A stretch of 64,000 bases of DNA, from assembly GCF_008831285.2 (NCBI RefSeq), contig NC_045138.2, forward strand, positions 24,180,001-24,244,000, in the 5' to 3' direction. Shown here one piece after another: positions 53,296-64,000 of the stretch; positions within the stretch are counted from its first letter, which is position 1; every line of letters starts with the position of its first letter. Source of the stretch: Nymphaea colorata (taxonomy: Eukaryota). The notes below the pieces were generated by a model. It was not told where the DNA came from and did no database searches. It saw nothing but the letters and a program-made list of their open reading frames with translations. Both the position numbers and the translations under genes were made by a program.

Positions 53296-54880
53296 ATGGG
53301 CTGCTGGATTTCATTCTTCTCACTCTCAACTCTCCTCTTGGTAAGTGCTCCTATTCATCAACACCCACAACGCTGCAAACACCATCGTCTCAAACAAGGA
53401 GGAATTTTCATTATCAAAAAAGGTTCTCAGTATTTATCCAACTCGAAGTGCAGCATATATGGTGGATGATGGTTGTTTCCCTTTCTTTTTTGTTTTTTTT
53501 CTCCCTCTTACCAGCTTGTTGAGGCAACAAACACAAACAGTAGCTCTCTCACTATAAAAGCTTACTGGAATGAGGTCTTCCCCAGCACTCCCATGCCCAA
53601 TGCCATTCAAGCTCCCATACCATCCTCTTCAAAGATATTAGGTACTCTCTCTCTCTCTCTCTCAAAAGCATCTAGTAAGGGTTGAAAGTAACTTTTTGAA
53701 AGAGCTGCTGTCATTGCTGCGAGAACTCATTGAATCGAGTCTTCAATTTAGAGAAAGAAGCTACCAATTCTTTTCTGTTCACAAGCAAAAGGTGTGTAAT
53801 CTGAAGACACGGCTAAATTTGGTGGGAAAATGGTTTCGGCAAACGTTTGTGCACAAAAAATGATAAATTTTATTGTTTTTGGTGCGGTATTTTTTATTTT
53901 TATGCCACAACAAAAAAAACACTCCATTTTCTGGAACATATGGACTAGAGAACTAGTAGTATGTCATATATATATATATATATATAATCGAGTTTTTCCA
54001 AATCATAACTAAGTAAGTTGACAAAACTTGTCCTTCTTAATTACTTCCTGCAGGATTTGGTGGCCCAGGAATCCGGCCTTGGATTAGTAGGTGGGGTGCA
54101 CTGGGGCAAAACCATGATTCGTCCAACGTCAATTGGTCACCGGATCTTGCACCTCTTTATTTCCTAAGAGAAGACCTGCAGCCTGGTAGCAAGATGAACA
54201 TCACCATCCATGATGATCAGACCTGAATCATATGCCTCTAGCGGTGGCCACAATGTCAGCTCTGAGCCAACTTTGTTGCCACGCCAACAAGCCGAAGCTA
54301 TTCCTTTCTCATCCACCAATCTCACTACCATCCTTAAGATGCTCTCCATTCAACCCAACTCTGAGCACGCATCTCTTACTAGGCAAACGCTTGCCAATTG
54401 CGAGATGCCTGTACTTAAATGGGAAGTTAAGTATTGTGCAACATCACTGGAATCCTTGATCGATTTCATCGTCGCAGAATTCGGAACCAGTGAGATTCAC
54501 GCCGCCGTCACTTCTGTTGTTAACAAAGAGGAGGAGGTGAAGGCCAGGAGTTACAGGGTAGGTGTTGGTGGGGGGAGGCTGATGTCCCATAAAGTCGTGA
54601 CATGCCATGAGACGATGTTTCCTTGTGCAGTGTTCTACTGCCACAATTTTGCAGGAACACGGCCATATATGGTGCCATTGGTTGCCGAGTAAACGCTATT
54701 GCTTTGTGCCATTTTGATACATCAAATTGGAATCCTGGACACGCGAGCTTCCTGTTGCTGGGTGTGAAACCGGGAACTGTTCCCATTTGCCACTTCATTC
54801 TAAAGGATCTCGCCTGGGTTCCAGATGACCTTCCTGCTACCTCCTTAGTATGCGCCAGCCGTGTCCTAGTGATAAACTAG
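53296..54880 (+). pseudogene. BURP gene copy 11, type A (exons 53296-53340, 53515-53641, 54054 onward), frameshifted
   Basis: A 4-bp duplication CCAT at ~54204-54211 gives TGA at 54224-54226; 13-bp deletion near 54685; altered stop region. Confidence 0.88.
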
Positions 54881-57800
54881 AATGAACCGATAGAAAATAA
54901 AATGGCATTGATCCGGTAGCTTGCCTTATGTCTACGACTCTTTGACACGACTCTTTGTCGTTTGGCGTCAGAAAGCTATAGCTTGCCTTATGTCTGCTGC
55001 TCTTTGCCGTCAGACGTGTAGCCCAAGTCGCGTCAAGTGTAAGCATTAAGTTAAAAATACTTGATGCAACTCCCACCCTATTTAGTTGTTATGTGATAGC
55101 TTTTCCAATATAGAATGTGTCACGCTTGTATGCTCATCTGCCCAAATGTAAGGTCTTAACATTATGTTAAATTATTGTCTGAACTTATATATGCATGTTG
55201 CGTTGGAAACATAGAGTATGGAAGTTTGGAAATTGGTAGTTTATATGTTTGATAATGAGGCACGCACTAACGGGGGAAGCTACATGTGAGCTTATGTGGG
55301 CAGTTGCCTACACAGTTCCAGCAATCTATTTATTTACATATTAGTTAGTCTCATCTATTTTTATACTAATTTTATATAATAATATTGGTGCACCTCAAAA
55401 ATTATTTGCTTATTATCTACGGTGACCGTCATTCATTTTATTATGAATTGGTTGCGATGACCATGTGGGCAAGTCTGTTTGTCTTCCTTTATTCTCAGCT
55501 GCTAGACACATGCTCTGGACCTATCAATCGAATCTATTGTCATTGTCAGGAAACTTGCTGAATGCTTTGCACCAGATTATCTTATTTCATGTTGTTTTAC
55601 TCCAACCGAAATTCATGGAGAAAGGAAGAGAGAAATATCAACCATGTACACCTGTAAAGGAAACCCAACCTTATAAGCTGAGACCTCTGCCCTGCATGAA
55701 AGGTGAAAAAACAAAAGAAAGGCAAATGAATTATGAACTGTATACGCTGAAAGGCGATGCATCGTACATGTATACAAAAACAGAGTATCTCTGTTTACTT
55801 GTCTACACAAACCTCTTCGTTGAAAAAGATGATAAAAAAAAAGGTTGGACGCCATACATGGTCAATTTTACTGAGCTTTCACTGCCTTCATGCTCAAAAT
55901 AGACAAGATTCTAATATTATCTGCCCTGTTTTCTTGGACGTCTCAAACCACAACTTTTTTAACATCATCACCATATTAACATATGCAGATTTTTAAACAT
56001 TTTCCAACACCATCACTATATTAATTTGTGATGCAGCTATTTTAATTAGTAAATCGCCATATGGCCCTCTATAAGCAAAGGCGTCACCATACGTGTTAAT
56101 TTTTTATGCAATGGGTAACAAGCAGTCAACTTGACAATGCCCGTAGAGAAAAGATGAGAACCAAACACTTCACGAGAAGGCGCCACGCTCTATGATCAAT
56201 TACACAATATTGATGTTTACGTTGAATACCCAACTAACGTAAGAAAATGTCCTGGTATGTGATCTTCTTAAGATCCAAGGCCTCCTCGTGAAGGGTGACG
56301 GGTTCCAGAGAGAACAGAGCCTCTGGTTCTTTGATCACCATGTGCTATTACCATTTCGATGACAGAATACAGCGACAGATCTTCCATCCCAGCGGCGAAA
56401 TCTAATGGCATGATTTTCCCATTTTGATGACAGAATACAGAGACAGATCTTCCATCCCAGCTTGCCTTCCTTTTCCAAGTTTTCCATATTCACCGTCCAC
56501 TTATTGTTTGGGACGTCGATCTTTGAGTTGACGACCATTGATCAGTTGATTAACTTGTCATATTTGGAGGAAAGATATTGAACATGTCTCCTGTATATGT
56601 CATGACATACAAAGGAACAATAAATCGAGAAAATTAACAAGTAACCGCTCAAACCTTTGACATATTTATAAATCAACGAACATCAGGGGTGGTTCAATCC
56701 CATGCTCAAATTCAAGAGGCAGATCGGCTCCTTCCGAGGGGCGGAGGAGTGTGGGCAACTGCCAGAGTAGGATACTGTCAGTCCACCAGTCCTCCCACCC
56801 AATACATAGTAAAATGATCTGTCACAGCGGTAGAGAATAAAGGAGGAGAAACGAGAACAGAAAGAGCTGGGATCTAAATGCTTAGGTTCAGCCATTTCCG
56901 GCAATCGCTTAACAATAACTATAATTTTTTGTTGTTGAAAAGATTCATACCCTTTTATATGACAACACATATTAGTTGCAGCACACGTCTTTTGGGTCGC
57001 CTGGTTCTAAACGACGACCACATGCTAGTGTCTATAGAGTTGGCATGAAAGAAGACAAGAATTGTTTGATGATAGAGATGCATTCAAGAACAATGAAATA
57101 TTAGGACTAACTTGACAAAATCAAGTTAAATCGTAACATTTTAATGCTTGTTATCCCGATGCATTTGATGTAATAAAGCATATTTGAACTGATCAGTGGT
57201 GGGCCATTAAGCAATCCCTTATTGGCTTCGAAGACAGAGCTAGCATGATGCTTAATCAAATAAATAATTGCAAAAATTTAGGTAATTATTTCTGGACCAA
57301 ATGTCATGCAATTAAAATCTAAACAAAACTCTAAAAATGAAAGGAAAGTGGAATATGAAAACTTGGGAGTCACAAAGGTTCTTTTTGCTAGGCATATATA
57401 AAAGCAATAAAGCCTAAGATATTTAATTTCTTATCCACGAACGCACGTCCCTGTGACTCACCCCACAAGTGGTACCCATAAAAATCTAAAGTTCCTCAGC
57501 GGTATCAATTTTTTTTTAAAAAAAAAATTATAATATGTAAGACCATTTTGAAACAAATTTTTGTATTAGGGAATTAAAAAAGGTAAAATTTTAATGCATT
57601 TTTCTTCATATAAAAATGGGGCTGGATCGATTGGTGAGAGAGGGGCTTGCAATGTGAGAATGCAACATACCACAGGTTTGAATCGGACCTCCCGTTAATG
57701 AAATCAGAACCCTGCTTTAGTTGTATGCCATTTTGGATTCTTTCGCGCTCATGACCTAAATAAAAATCTGTTGAAGGCAAAAGCAAAAGAATGGACTTAT

Positions 57801-60530
57801 GCATGGTGACCCTGTTTTAGTTGTCTGCCATTTGGGATTATTTCGTGGATATGCGTGCTCAAATGTGTAGACATAAATACATATAAGAACATCTTTTCCT
57901 TTGTGCTAAAGACCTTACCATCTTCAAAAGAACCGAGCCGTTGAAAGTTTTTTTCACAGCAGTACAGAGGATTGACGGACATGCCACACTGCCAGCATAT
58001 ATATATATATATATATACATAAATTTTTAAAAAATTCATTTTAAGTATACAAAAATTTTGAAAAATAAATATTTCCACTCTTGTGAAAATTATTTTGAAA
58101 CTACAATTTAACATTTTTCGTGAAAAAATTTTGGCTCTCGCCCTAGCCACACCCAAGCAGTTCCAACAACCCTCTAAAAGATTTGTGACTTGTCTTTTCT
58201 CAAACACCACTAGAAAAGGAAGCATTGTCGGGAAGGGGAGAATGTGGTGAACCACACCTCGCGTGAGCCCAATTGCGGTTTTGTCGATGTTGGTATCTGT
58301 CGTTTTTGGTTAGTGTTCATACTATTTTCTTTTTCTTTTTTTTGCTGCATCAACGAATTGAAAATCTTCCATAGACTGGGTCCAACATATATAAAAAAAA
58401 AAGTTTAGGTCACACCTACCAATGGGTGGAGCGAGTGGGTCTGCATGGCAACATGTTTATTCAGAGGCAGGCGCAGAAAGAAAGTCATTAATAGAGTTTA
58501 CATGGTTCATGATCTTCCTATGGTTAACCATGGGGGGGGGGAGGCACTTGGTCAAACCTCGCGCTCACGGAAATGGAAATTGGAGCATCTACTGACACCA
58601 CGAACCCAGGACGTAAGCTTGTCGCTCTCATGAGTAGGCCTAGTTGATTGGATCAACCAGCCACAATCAATCGTTTTCTTCTTTTGTAAAATCTGTCGTG
58701 TCTTTTAAGATACATATTCCAAATTCATATAAAAATGACATTTTAAGTTGAATTTTTGGTAAAGCTATCCAAGATCGTGAAGTGGATCTGTGGGAGAGCA
58801 GAAGCGAATGGAATATTGGCCCTTATAAAACGATTTTTCACCATGAAATAAAGGAACGCATGATTGACGTTTGAAAAAAATTAGATTGGCTTATAAAGGA
58901 ACATCTTCATAACTGGCATGAGAAATTGGTCGATCTCTAGCTCTTCCTTCCGCAGAGATGTTAGCTTGTTAAAGAAGAAGAAGCCTCGCTTTTGGAAAAT
59001 GAGTAGAGTATCAGCCCAACGACACCTCCCGTGACTCCACCTTGCATTTGGGCATACGTCGTTTCTTCGTGATTATGCATAATATTTATTTTCGAAAATC
59101 ATAATTTTTAAAATTTTCCAACATATTTGTCTTTCTTTTTTTTGGAATTCGGTAAGATAAACCTTGGCCCTCGTGAGAGTAACAATGCAATCTAAAAGGC
59201 TTTCTGGAACCTCTTTAACATCTTAGTTAGAGATATAAAAAGGTACCTGAGGTTAGATTCATATTTAAGAAATAATGTCCAATCAAATTCAAATTAAAAT
59301 CAGATTTAGTTTTTAATAAATATTCCATAGCTAATGCCCTTACGTTTTGAATTTAAAATTCGGATTCAAATATTGAATTCAGATTATGAAATTAGATTTC
59401 AGATTGAGATTTTGACACTACTTTTTTCACCCAAATTTAAACCTGACTATGTGAACAACCAAAAAAAAAAACAAAAAAAAGCCAATATAACTGAAAGTAG
59501 ATCGCATTTGAATCTGATCTGTTAACATCCTCAATCTTCCAAAGCATATGTTGGGTACAACATGTTGGTATCCGACAAAATTAATGCACTAAAAGCAGTC
59601 TCCAATTTAAGATCTTTTCTGTACATTAGTAGGAATGGACAAAAGAAATTGACAAAAGAACAAGTACACATGTAAGCTTGAGCTCCTACAGGCAATTGCT
59701 TACTCTTGGCAGACAATGCGGGATTGAAACCAGACCGATCGACGACGCCTTAATTTGCTGATTCATATATTATTGTTCCCCAACCTTTTCTTTTTTTTTT
59801 TTTTTTTGAAGAAAAAAAAAGAATTTGCTTCTTGGCTGGAAATTTCTGTCAAGAAAAATGTATATGTTAAATTTTACAAAATTTTGAAAAATCCTACATA
59901 AAAATTTTTGAAAAATTATATTTTGGCCCCTGTTAAAGTTTTGAAAATATAATTTAACATTCATGAATAATTCCTAGGCGGTTATTTATAAATATGTCAA
60001 AAGTTGAGTTATTATTCATAAATTTTTTTTTTTAATAAATAAATGAAACATATTTTATATGAGTATACATACAAATATCATTTTCTGACATATATATACG
60101 ATCTAAAGCCATGACTGTCTGTTTGTCAGCCAAAAGGAGAATCCTACTGTCACTTTGATACCACTGAAAGAAAATTAAAAATGAAGCAATGGATGAGAAA
60201 TAAAGAGAAAAAAAAAAGGGTGCCTTTATTAAAAACACAAGGTTGTTGTCGGCTTCGGCGGTATGAAATAATAATCTTATCTCATTTGAGATCCGTTTTT
60301 CTAAAAAAGAATGAACAACGATTCAAACGGCAAAGAAATAATAATCTGAAAGCAATAACGCGGTCCTTTCCTCATGAATTGGTCCTCCTCGTCAACATCA
60401 TGCTCTCGGTATTCACCCCACGCAAAGTTCACTCTCCAAATCTTGTCACGATCCTCAAGTCTAGCCTCCCACCTTTATATTTATATTAATGAATTCCAAA
60501 TAACAGTTAATCTCTGTGGCACCAGAAACG

Positions 60531-63500
60531 ATGGCATCAACCATGAGAAGGGAACTGCTGCTGCAGCTTTTGTTCTTTCTTTTGAGTATATGTTCACCAA
60601 GAAAGACGGCTGCACAGCCGCTGAAGGCAGAAGCAGAAGCGCTTCTCAAGTGGAGAGACAGTCTCCAAGCTGCCCATGTACTGAATTCTTCTTGGTCGTT
60701 CCTCAACTCTAGCTATGCCCCCTGCCACTGGGATGGGATAGCTTGCAGCGGTGACAACACGAGTCTTGTCAAGATAAGTCTTCAAAACCAGGATCTTCGA
60801 GGTACGCTCGACCATTTCGACTTTGCTGCCTTCCCAAGTCTTGCATATTTGGATCTTAGAGGTAACAATTTTTATGGAAGCATTCCGGACGGTATAGGCA
60901 ACCTCTCCAAACTTTCCTTCCTTGACCTGTCGGTGAATCAGTTTTCTGGCAGCTTACCGGAAAGTATGGCCAATCTTAAGAACCTTGTTTCTATAGACAT
61001 GTCATTCAACTCGCTCACGGGCCCTCTCCCTACTTCTATTGGACAATTATCTAGTCTAGTGAATTTACTCATCCGTGACAACCATCTTACTGGGACTATT
61101 CCACAGACGGTAGGAGAGCTCACAATTCTCAACTTCTTGGACCTTGATACCAACTCACTTACTGGTTCAATTCCAACTCAGATAGGTAACTTGTCCAATC
61201 TGCACAGTTTGTTCCTAGGCTTTAATTTTTTGACTGGGACCATTCCACCAGAATTGTGGAAGCTCAATAAGCTCATCCAATTAGATCTGCAATCTAATGT
61301 TCTTCCAGGATCAATCCCTCCTTCAATAGGTAACTTGTCTGGCCTTTACTATTTAAATCTGAGCAATAACAGCCTCTTTGGCACTCTACCTCCTCAAATG
61401 AATAATGTCACAGGTCTAGGCTGGTTACTCCTTTCAGTTAACAATCTCTCTGGTTCTTTACCATCAGAAGTATGTAAGGGTGGTAAGCTCGTCAAATTTT
61501 CTGCTTACAACAACCATTTCACTGGATCAATACCAGAAAGCTTGAGGAATTGTACAAGCTTACATAAACTCACTTTAAGTAGGAATCAACTTAGTGGAAA
61601 CATTTCAGAGGCATTTGGATCCTATCCGATCCTGTCCCGCATTTGCATGAGCAACAATCAACTAATGGGAGAGCTCTCACCAAACTGGAGCAGATGCCGT
61701 AATCTTCAATACATGGATTTCTCTAATAACCACGTCACTGGGAAGATCCCGAGTTCAATCTCTCAAATGCCAAAATTAGTGGAAATACACATTTCTACCA
61801 ATTACATAACAGGAGAGATTCCAAGAGGAATAGGGGAACTTTCGTTCTTGCTGAAGATAGATATGAGCAACAATCATATTTCAGGTGGCATACCATCAGA
61901 GATTGGTATGTTAAAAAATTTGCTACAATTGGATTTGTCATCCAACAACCTTAGCGGACCAATACCTGAAGAGCTTGGGAACTTGGCAGGACTATCTATG
62001 CTGCTAGATCTTAGCCGTAACATGCTAACAGGGTCAATACCAGACCAACTTGGGAAGTTAAATCATCTGGCGAAGCTCAATCTTTCCCATAACAAGCTCA
62101 TAGGTACAATCCCATCATCTTTGGCTGGAATGGTTAGTTTGACTTCAGTTGATTTGTCCTTTAACAGTCTCACAGGCCCGCTCCCAAAGAACCCTGCTTT
62201 CCAGAATGCTTCAGCACAATCATTTACAGGTAACCTTGACTTATGTGGAGGAGTTAATTTGCAACCATGCAAGCCTCCCGAGGGGGCGAAAAGTCAAAAG
62301 AAAAGTCGAACACTGGCGGCCATTATTACTCCAGTTTCTGCAGTTCTCGTCCTCCTATTCCTTGTCATTGGAAGTTTTACAGTTTGTCAAAAAGTAACCC
62401 AAAGAAGGCAAGATAAGGGGAGCATCAACTTCGAAACTTACCATGGAAATGATCTGTTTTCCGTGTGGAACTATGATGGTAGACTTGCTTATGAGGATAT
62501 TGTCAATGCTACAAAGAATTTCAGTGACGAGTATATTGTTGGTACAGGAGCACATGGTAGTGTTTATAAGGTTGAACTCCCCACAAGTCAAATAGTGGCC
62601 GTGAAGAAGTTCAATCAAATGGATAATGATGTGCTAACAGACTCAGGATTTAGAAATGAGATTAAGACATTGACGGAAGTCCGCCACAGAAACATAGTCA
62701 AGCTCTATGGATCTTGTAAGCATCCTCAATGCTCATTTTTGGTCTATGAATATGTAGAGAGGGGATGCTTGGCAAAAATACTAAGCAATAATGAAGAGGC
62801 AAAGAGATTAGATTGGGAAAAGAGGGTGAATATCGTAAATGGTGTTGCCAATGCTTTGTCATACATGCATCATGATCATTCAATTCCAATAATCCATCGC
62901 GACATCTCTAGCAAGAATATTTTGTTACATCCAGATTTTGATGCATGTGTTTCTGACTTTGGAACCGCAAGATTACTAAACCCAGATTCATCAAATTGGA
63001 CTGGCCTTGCAGGGACACAAGGCTACATGGCACCAGGTACGCAATAGAATTTTTTTAGCATGCAGCGATTTTTGCTTTATAGTGGCCTTACCCCATTAGA
63101 TCCATCAATAAACCATGTTTATTTTTTGTGGGTGCTAACTAAAGATGACTAATTTGCTGCAGAGTTGGCATATACCATGAGAGTAACAGAGAAGTGTGAT
63201 GTCTACAGCTTTGGGGTGGTAGCTCTTGAAATTCTAATGGGAAGGCACCCAGGGGAACTACTATCATCTTTGGTTATTCTCACAAAGCAAAAGCTTGATG
63301 TAAAGCTCTGGGATGTGCTGGACCAACGAATACCAGCTCCAGGGGACCAAGAAGCAGAGATGGTGGCTGCTGTAGCCAAGCTTGCAGTCATGTGCATAGA
63401 CATGAAACCGGAATCACGGCCTACAATGCGCTCTGTTTCTCTGCATCTTTCCTCTCCCGGCAGAACGCATCATTTGTTCAAAGCCTTAAAGACAATCACT

Positions 63501-63554
63501 CAAACCGATATGAAGAATTGGAGCGCCTACTGGCACCACCAACCGAGGAAGTAA
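60531..63554 (+). CDS. MIK2-like LRR receptor-like kinase, second intact copy (exons 60531-63036, 63163-63554; ~965 aa)
   Basis: Same architecture as 46075-49126 with one fewer LRR and an intact RD kinase; altered C-terminal tail. Confidence 0.93.
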
Positions 63555-63983
63555 GCTTGTCGGTCTCATGAGTCGGCCTAGTTGATTGGATGGACAAGCC
63601 ACAATCGTTTTCTGCTTTTGTAAAATCTGTGGTATCTTTTAAAATCCAGATTGCCAACATTGTCGGTTCATATAAAATGACATTGTAAAATTTAAGGACC
63701 ATTGGTTGGAACTTTGTTGCAATCCAAGATTGCGTTTGAGCCAAATGGATAACATGAGCTCTCTACTCTTCTTCTTTGTTGTCATCGTCTCTCCTCTATC
63801 CGAGTAGTGAGCCCTACGATTCGGGCACCATAGAACTTGCGAGTGAAGGCCAACACCAAGTTGGAGACCTCCAACGACGGGGATCTACTATAAAATATCG
63901 GTCCTTATTAGCCTACAAAATGGAGAGACAGTTGCCGCCTTCTCCATACAGACGATTATTGAGTTCGAGCCAGCTTTACTACA

Positions 63984-64000
63984 ATGGACAGCTGGATTTC
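63984..64000 (+). CDS. Start of another type A BURP gene (exon 1, cut by the window end)
   Basis: ATGGACAGCTGGATTTC and its upstream context match 40102. It is preceded by a decayed type B exon 1 at ~63745, as at 39843. Confidence 0.75.

Overview
Plant (angiosperm-type) nuclear DNA. It is a tandem array of two gene families, all on the + strand. The first is three-exon secreted BURP-domain genes: nine copies have exon 3, of which about five look intact and four are frameshifted, plus several 5' remnants. The second is MIK2-like LRR receptor kinases: two intact, three decayed. The array repeats the module [LRR-RLK > BURP type B > BURP type A] about six times, with deletions, chimeras and gene-conversion-like tracts. 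It also holds a full-length Ty1/copia element (8942-14334, TSD TGTGT), two solo LTRs and small repeats. The most striking signal is a short hypervariable Gly/Arg/aromatic peptide just before each BURP domain. It keeps a W-x-x-x-W frame (WGERW, QPWGRRW, WGGRW, WAKGW, WISRW, WIQRW, WVRRW) even where the BURP domains are near-identical. This layout suggests fused burpitide (plant RiPP) precursor-cyclases with a core type I do not recognise, co-amplified with diversifying peptide-receptor-type kinases. Both the chemistry and the ligand-receptor link are inference; no database search was possible.
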